Shown piece after piece: positions 56,190 through 64,000 of a stretch of DNA of 64,000 bases. Source of the DNA: Octopus vulgaris (taxonomy: Eukaryota); contig OX597821.1 of NCBI GenBank assembly GCA_951406725.2, positions 27,156,001 to 27,220,000 of the forward strand. The letters run 5' to 3'. A program made the position numbers and the translations under genes. How positions within the stretch are numbered: position 1 is the stretch's first letter; the number at the start of each line of letters is the position of its first letter. The notes beneath the pieces were generated by a model. The model was not told the DNA's origin, did not search any database, and worked only from the letters and a program-made list of their open reading frames with translations.

Positions 56190-56489
56190 TTTAAAAAACG
56201 AGTTAGCAATCATCTCTCCTCTTTTAAATTACGTCATAAAGCTGATAGCACCACACTTTCAAGTAAGATCTGGGAACTCAAAAATAATAATATTAAATAT
56301 AACCTTAATTGGCAATTAGTTAGAAGAGCGATGCCTTATAGAAATAACAGGGTTGGTTGCCAACTCTGCTCTATGGAGATATTTGAAATTCTAATGCATA
56401 GAAAAAATAGTGACTTGTTAAATAACCGTATAGAATTGGGTACTTCTTATATTCACACAAGAATTAAGGCTCTAAAATATTTTAAATGA
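56190..56489 (+). pseudogene. PLE GIY-YIG endonuclease C-terminal fragment, open for 99 codons (not in the ORF track)
   Basis: FKKRVSNHLSSFKLRHKADSTTLSSKIWELKNNNIKYNLNWQLVRRAMPYRNNRVGCQLCSMEIFEILMHRKNSDLLNNRIELGTSYIHTRIKALKYFK* matches the PLE pattern FK.R..NH..SF, T.LS..IW.LK, W......PY, C.LC..E, LLN.R.E. Confidence 0.85.
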
Positions 56490-58066
56490 TAATCGTATAG
56501 AAAAATCATATTGAGATTTGTCTATCTTGCTTATACTAATGGGGTCGAGACTCAGTGGAATCCTTGCCACCCTTACCTTGGATGACAAGAACGCAAGTTC
56601 CTCTATGCTGGACGGCACATAGCAGTTCACCGTAGACACGCCGATGACACCTTTATATGTAGTAGAATCGCGACGTAATATACTGAGTTCAAAACTTGCA
56701 TTATTTGCTTTAAGCTTATCCTTTGCACTGATCTATCTATACTTTTCTTGAAATCTACTCCTATAATTCATATTGTTTGCGAAAAAAGACTATTAGTTGT
56801 GAATAGATTTGCATATTATGCTTGAATAATAAATCTGTTTTTACCTGTTAACTTCTATTAATGTTTTCAATCTTCATTATAAATAACTATTTATATTTCC
56901 TTTACATGAAAGGTGTATATTGTTTTCAATAGAAACCGATGTTTAATTGACAACAATATTCTGCAGCTATTTATTTTACCGATCTCGGAGAAGAGAAAAC
57001 AAAAGAATTTACTGGAGAATTATTTGAACTCAGAGCATTAAATATTGGACTTGATTTACAGTGTATCTATCTCTTTGTTATATATTAACATCCAGAGCTC
57101 CATTCCAGGAAATAAAATAAAATTCTGTGCAATAATAACAAATATAATAATAATAAAAAAAATAAATATTTGCTCGTATTTATGCAAAATTTGTCGAGAA
57201 ATATGTTGGTGGAAATAAATATACATCTGTATAACATTTTCATATATTTATTAAGGTCTCCCCAAGCAGATTTCTGAAAAAAGTTTACAGGTATGAAACT
57301 ATCAAACTTTTGATATATATCTAATTATCACCGTTCCTGACGTCTTAATTCTCAATTCAAACTTTCGTTTTGCGTTTATTTGGAGTCCAAAACTTAAATA
57401 TCATCTTATAATTTATGAAATTAAAATGCTTCTTAGATCTTGTATAGCTAACTTGTTATTATTATCGATCAAATTCTAGACAATTGGTCGGCAAATGCTC
57501 ATATCATCTTTGATCTATGCTTAATTTTTACCTTTCTAATGTTAGGGTTATTTCAATATTTTATCCCCATCTATTAGATTTTAAATAAATGATAATATAT
57601 GAGCTCCAAAAATTTAAAAAATGGATTATGTATGTGTTTAAACTTTCTTGAAAACTAGATGTAGCATTATATAAAAGAACAAAAATATTAATGAAAAGCA
57701 ATATATTACAGCTTTACAAAAGGAGAAAAAAATTATTAAAACACCTACGCGCGTATAAAATTATTTCTCGGCGCGATACACCGAAGACATTTTCGGTTTT
57801 GATGTAGCTAGAAGAGATCTAATCCACATTAATATATCATTCGTTCTTATTTTACGAGCATGAAGTGTAGCAAGAAAATCGATCCTACATGTATGTGAAG
57901 GCAACTATCATAACGGTCGCGATGTTATATAATTTAAGGACGAGTATTGAATTAATTTATGTTAATATATGATCGGTCTATATTTTGTTGAAACTATAAG
58001 GATAAAAGCAACACAAAGGAGATTGAAATTTAAACCCAAAGCCAAAACACACGTTATCCAAATCAC

Positions 58067-58455
58067 GGTTCTTTTCGGTTTGAACGGCAGTTTTTTCTAG
58101 CGGTGTCATATGAAATTGTCACCCATAATTATGACCTTAGTATCGATCTATTGCATTTCAATCTCTTTAAGGGTTAGGGTTAGGGCTAGGGGTGGGGGAA
58201 GGTTATTTTTTTATTCACAAATGTAAATAAACCCAATACGGCACAGAATGTTTTACCTCAATAGACGTCACTGATTGGTTGAAATTGCAGAAATTGAAGA
58301 AAAAAACAACAAATATCTTACAAACTATAGAATTTTCTCATTAAAGCCAAGAGAAAAAGATGTTTTATAAACACATTCTACCAGTATACGAAGTTTAAAA
58401 TTTTTTAGTTACCTAGAAATTATGTTAAAAGCTGCCGTTCAAACCGAAAAGATCC
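58067..58455 (-). mobile_element. MITE (family M), copy 3
   Basis: Reverse orientation. TSD caaatcac/caactcac (7 of 8). Internal (TTAGGG)n. Confidence 0.9.
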
Positions 58456-58797
58456 CAACTCACTAAGGCCTTTCGTATAGCATTCTACTGATTTTTATGT
58501 TCATTACTTTCATAATAATAATTGTTTCTTATTTTTCACTCATAATTATAACAGTATTATGAGGTAGTGGAAAATGTTATTTCCCGGGGAGAATGAACAT
58601 GGCAGTGTAGTTGATTGATAAATATAATATTCATTATTTTAATTCAAGATGAAAAACTATTATTGATTCATAAAGATGTGTAGATTTAATTATTCGCTTT
58701 TACGCCAATCATTTGACATTCACACAACGAATTGGTGAGATGTCAATCATAATTAAAGAATCTCACGCACGTGTTCCAACCTGCATGTAAATCTCTG

Positions 58798-58829
<32 letters not shown>

Positions 58830-58887
58830 AAAAACAAGCACGTGCACGTGCACACCCCCACACCCCCATACACCCCACACACACACT

Positions 58888-58922
<35 letters not shown>

Positions 58923-58959
58923 TGTGTTAAGGTATTTGTAAAATATTCATGTTGCATGT

Positions 58960-59525
58960 GGAAGCGCAATGGCACAGTTGTTAGGCTAGCGGACTCGCAG
59001 TTGTAGGATCGCGGTTTCGATTCCCAGACCGGGCATTGTGAGTGTATATTGAGCGAAAACACCTAAAGCTCCGCGAAGCTCCGGCAGGGGATGGTGGCGA
59101 ACCCTGCTGTACTCTTTCACCACAACTTTCTTTCACTCTATCTTCCTTTTTCTGTTGTACCTGAGCTGGCAGAAACGCTAGCACGCTGGGCGAAATGCGT
59201 GGCCGTATTTCGTCTGCCGCTACGTTCTGAGTTCAAATTCCGCCGAGGTCGACTTTGCCTTTCATCCTTTCGGGGTCGATAAATTAAGTACCAGTTACGC
59301 ACTGGGGTCAATGTAATCGACTCAATTCGTTTGCCCGTCCTTTTTTGTCCCCTCTGTGTGTAGCCCCTTGTGGGTAATAACGAAACATATATTTCAAAGG
59401 ACCAATCTTGTCACATTCTGTGTCACTTAGAATCTCCTCCGAGAACTACGTGTCTGTGGAGTGCTCAGCCACTTGCACGTTAATTTCACGAGCAGGAAGT
59501 TCCGTTGATCGGATCAACTGGAACC
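58960..59525 (+). mobile_element. SINE with family C head and a different tail, interrupted by a family B SINE at 59164-59385
   Basis: 58960-59140 matches 9910-10090. After the insert the sequence continues with a tail unlike 10100-10208. Confidence 0.8.
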
Positions 59526-60202
59526 TTTCATGTTGCGTATAAAAATGAAGAACACCAGTAGCTCTAATATTTTGCGTCGGGAAACCTATCAAAAATGATA
59601 TAAAAACCTCAGTCATACTCAGAATACTGATGAAATGCCGAGCGTTTCGATCTATTTTAGCCTCCTCAATGACGAGTGCCTGTAACCTTCTGAACCAAGC
59701 TAAAAATTATTCTTCTCGTAGGGAAATCCATAAACAAGCCATTTACTGAAGTCTGTGAATGCAAGCCAGGCAAGAATTCAATTAGTGTACGCTCTTGAAG
59801 CAACATTAGATAAAAATACACGTGCATATAGCATGCATACAAATGTAAAACAGCACAGGCTATAATTTTTTCTTGCTGGCACCGATCCTATGAAAAACTA
59901 AAGCAATAAAAACTCACAAGATTTCAAAGAGTAATATCTAGGGAAACTTCAACATGTTCATTATGGACACCATAAAGTCAATTTTGCCTTCTACTACAGT
60001 CATTTAAATTGCATATAAATATATTCTCTCATTCGAAAAATTAACGTGTATGTATGAATCTTGTTTGAAGCTTACAAATACCTAGAAACGTAGAATTCTG
60101 TGTTTCTTTCTGTACATTTTCACACCCACACCCTCACAAACGCTCACACACACACGTACACACATGTATATGCATATGTATATATTCGTCTCTAATATGT
60201 GT

Positions 60203-60255
60203 AGGCGCAGGAGTGGTTGTGCAGTAAGCAGCTTGCTTACCAACCACATGCACGT

Positions 60256-60288
<33 letters not shown>

Positions 60289-60608
60289 ATATATTCTCTC
60301 TTTTACTCTTTTACTTGTTTCGGTCATTTGACTGTGGCCATGCTAGAGCACCAGGACTTATTCATTGTAAGCCTAGTACTTATTCTATCAGTCTCTCTTG
60401 CCGAACCGCTCGGTTACGAGGACATAAACACAACAGCATCGATTGTCAAGCGATGTTGGGGTACAAACGCAGACACACAAACATATACACACACGCACAT
60501 ATGTGTGTATATATATATATATTATATGCATATATATACATATATACGACGGGCTTCTTTCAGTTTCCTTCTACCAAATCCATTCACAAGGCTTTGGTCT
60601 GCCCGAGG

Positions 60609-60611
<3 letters not shown>
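60203..60611. mobile_element. SINE family A pieces: plus-strand head and minus-strand body/tail
   Basis: 60203-60250 matches 312-357. 60295-60611 is the reverse complement of about 407-716. Confidence 0.8.
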
Positions 60612-60649
<38 letters not shown>

Positions 60650-60909
60650 GTAAGTGTAAATACCAGCTTTTTATTTCAAGCACATCTGCTTGTTCCAATA
60701 TTATTATTAGAATTGAATGTGCAGTGTTAGTTGGTGTTGCAAGTTGAGATAAGTCTTAAATTTGAGAATTTTGGAAATATTATTTACAGATATATTTCTA
60801 TCATTTAGTAACCATTACAGGTGTTTCGTTTCATAATAGGAATTACAAAGTTTTACATTTTACATAGATATGTTAAGAATTTCCTATTGAACTAACTATA
60901 TATATATAT

Positions 60910-61185
60910 ACCGGAGTAAGCACATAAATGTGAAATAAGGTGGAAAAAAGAGTACTCAGATACCAGGGGTAGAGTAATATATTTATTTAAAAGCAGTAGA
61001 AATATAACGAAAGCTCTTACTCAGAGTGTCACGTTCCCGTACGTCGGACTGTTTTGTTAAAATAGAACAGAAATAACGCTCGTTTCGAGCCTTTGCTCTT
61101 CAACAGAAAGGAATACGAGGAAATAAACACGAGAAAATGAATAAAAAACTTGTGGATTTAGCGGTCAATAATGGCGACTGATCGT
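60910..61185 (-). mobile_element. Two adjacent PLE-type fragments, each with an eroded hammerhead-like motif
   Basis: 61014-61052(-): CCGACGU-ACG(GGAA)CGU-GAC-ACUCUGAGU-A. 61081-61110(-): CUUU-CUGUUGA-A-GAGC(AAAG)GCUC-GAAACG. Confidence 0.55.
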
Positions 61186-62004
61186 TATATATATAACGAT
61201 TTTGATGATGCTGATGATGAGTATGCACACACATTTTACATGCAATTCACTTACTCGGGATTTCGCGAACTGGGCTGGAGTAGAAGCCAGTTACAAAAGT
61301 TGCCAATCAAGAAGATGAACCCGAAACCATGTAGTTGTATGAAAAATTTCTAAACGCAGAGACATTCCAGTACCTATAAACCCGTATGTACTTCTGCTTG
61401 CGGGAGAAGCTTACGAATGTGTCAAATTATTTCTTACTTTTTCTAGTTGGATTTAAAATAGTTTTCGTTGTAAATTAATGTGTCGTATAAAGCAGTTTCT
61501 ACTTAAATGTTGAAGCACCTTTATTTACCTTTGCTAATATATACGAGTCCTTACGAATGTACACATCTTGGTTATGTTCGTTCGTACACTTGTATGCGTT
61601 GTTGGCTCCAGTCGTCATTCCATTTTATACAGATTACATAATGTTTGTATATATTTTTAATTACTCTATTGGACTGTGTACATCTCTTACCACCAATTAT
61701 ACATGAAATTTCAACCCCACAAACATATATAGAGCAATATTTCAAAATAGATTTTAGATATAATTATATTTCAATTTCCACTTCAATCAATGGAAATATA
61801 AATTAACGTCAAGCAAAAATACTTACCAAATTGGATATGTAATTATGTATGTATGTATATATGTATGTATATATACTTACATTCACGCATACAAATACAT
61901 GTGAGTGTGTCTGTGATTGTGTGTGCGAGTATGTATGTACATATATTCTTTTATTTTTGTTAGCCATTTGACTGCAGCCATGCGGGATCATCACCTCTTA
62001 GTCG

Positions 62005-62069
<65 letters not shown>

Positions 62070-62696
62070 ACATACACGCGCATATATATATACATATAGA
62101 TTCGTGGATCTGTTGTTGATGACTTTCATTTCTATTTCTTTCCAGAAAGTTTGCATAATTCCTGAAGTAAGAGAAACATACAAATAGATTATTTTAATGC
62201 ATGAATCTGTGAACAGGCGAACACTCATTTAATTTTCTTCAGTTTCTAAATGTAAAACGTTAAATGTATTGCTTGAAACATAGATGGGAATAGGTTTTGC
62301 CGTTCCGCTTAAACGCATCCTGTCAAGTTAATATATGAAGAAGTGGAAAAAAGATCCTTCTTTTCTAATCAGTACAACTGCATTACTCAACACGTCACAT
62401 TGTTTATGCTATATCTTTTGAACTTGCTGGAGGCCAAGTTATACATTAGTAGAAATGACTTACTTAACGCATGAAATCACACTTCAAATAATGTCTAGCT
62501 GATGATATTGGTAACCTTGAAAATCTGAGTTCCGCCACCTCCCAAAATTGTAATTAAATAAAGAGAATCTCGGTACAATTGAATTTTGCATTAAGGGTAT
62601 ATGCCATACACAGCATACGTTTCACACATCTCTTTCTCTCTCAGTTCATCTGTATGTGTATGTGTGTGTGTTTGTGTGTGTGCACATCGATGTATA

Positions 62697-63870
62697 CCCC
62701 GGGGTTGGACAAAATAATGGAAACATAAAATTTCAAACAAATTTATTTTAATATCGGGTAGGACCGCCTTTGGCAGTAATTACACCTTGAATTCTACGAG
62801 GTATGGACTCGTACAAAGTTTGAATTGTTTTCAGCTAAAACAGTCTCCAGTCTTTGTAGTGATGATAGCGGAGGATATCGACTCCTTATTTGTTTTTCCA
62901 AAATGCGCAATAAATTTTCAATAATACTGAGATCTGAGGACTGTGGCAGCCAGATAAGATGTTCAACTTCACTAGAATGTTCCTTGTGCCATTTAGTAAC
63001 AACCTTAGTTGTGTGAATTGGTGCATTATCATCCTAAAAGATTGCATTTCCCTCCAGAAACAGTTCCGCAACCATAAGATGAATTTGATCAGATAAAATG
63101 CTTAAATAGTCTTGACTATTAATTCTGCCGTGAAGGGAAACCATTGGGCCGGCAGATTTCCAAGATATATCTTGGGAATCATCTCACCCCAGATCATCAT
63201 AGATCCTCCTCCATGTTTAACATTTGGAAGAAAGCAGTCTCGGTCAGATGATACTTTTGGCTGTCTCCACATGAATACTCAGCCGGTGGTCCGAAATAAG
63301 TTACAGAATGACTCGTCCGAGAAAATAACATTTTACCACTGCTCTAGGGACCAATTGTGTAGGTTTTTATCCCACTCTAAACACTTTGCAACGTTTGTTC
63401 TTGAAATTAGTGGGTTTTTTTTTATTGCAGCCAACCTCAGTAAAATCCGGCAGCTCCCGGGGAATAGTTTTTGTGGAAACTAGGTTCTCGAGGTGGCCAT
63501 CAAGCTCGGCAGTAATTTTGGGAGTTGTACTTTTGTGTTCCTTTCTAAAAATTCCCGCAAGAGTCCGACCGTCCCTCTCTGAAAGTTTTGTCTTCTTCCG
63601 AAGTTTTGTTTCGATGAGGAGGCTTTTTCCTCTTTCTCAAAGGTTGTCATTATTTTCGAGACAGTACTTCTTGATACAACAAATATTTCGTCAGTTTTCG
63701 TTACGCTAGTGCCTATAATACGAGGAACAATTTGATATCTTTGAAAGTCCAATAGATCTGTCATTTTAATAAATTTTAATTACCTTTTTCTGATGATATC
63801 TGAAAGAAACTGCAATTTTAGCAAAACATATTAAGCAACACCAATAATAAATCAAAAAACAAAAATAAAA
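62697..63870 (-). mobile_element. Tc1-family transposon remnant (DDE transposase pseudogene, ATG at 63764)
   Basis: MTDLLDFQRYQIV...VSRSTVSKI (HTH), VIFSDES, DDNAPIH, WLPQSSDLSIIENL. One TIR-like end, TA|ccccggggttggacaaaataatggaaac; the other end was not found. Confidence 0.88.
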
Positions 63871-64000
63871 AAGCTTTTAAGGGTCGGTGGGATAAATTTT
63901 ATTTTAATAAAAATGTTTACTGTTATTAAAATACCCCCTCTATCAAAAATAAGACGTCCCTACTCATTTTTCAAGGATATACATATATATATATATATAT

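Larger units (their letters stand above)
54570..56540 (-). mobile_element. Penelope-like element: (TA)n-anchored 3' region, endonuclease C-terminus and inverted 5' segment
   Basis: 280-bp inverted arms (55876-56155 and 56261-56540) encode a GIY-YIG C-terminus. A canonical hammerhead lies downstream on the minus strand. Confidence 0.8.

Overview
AT-rich eukaryotic non-coding DNA (intergenic or a large intron), dense in (TA)n/(CA)n/(TATG)n microsatellites and almost entirely made of transposable-element debris. I recognise the SINE families as those of octopus (coleoid cephalopod) genomes; this is from memory, not a search. No host protein-coding gene or exon could be supported, and most ORF-track entries are microsatellite translations. 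Recognisable elements: a Gypsy integrase remnant, CR1/L2-group and RTE LINE remnants, an R4/Dong-like restriction-endonuclease LINE end, a Helitron helicase remnant plus non-autonomous Helitrons, Tc1/mariner remnants, three copies of a MITE with 8-bp TSDs, several tRNA-derived SINE families, and many Penelope-like element (PLE) fragments. The most interesting signal is that at least five apparently distinct PLE-type repeat families each carry a minimal hammerhead-ribozyme-like motif about 75-150 nt from their 3' end. These have a (near-)palindromic helix III, and the tertiary 3-8 base pair covaries across families (C-G, U-A, G-C). The same elements repeatedly form fold-back or inverted structures, often breaking right at the motif.
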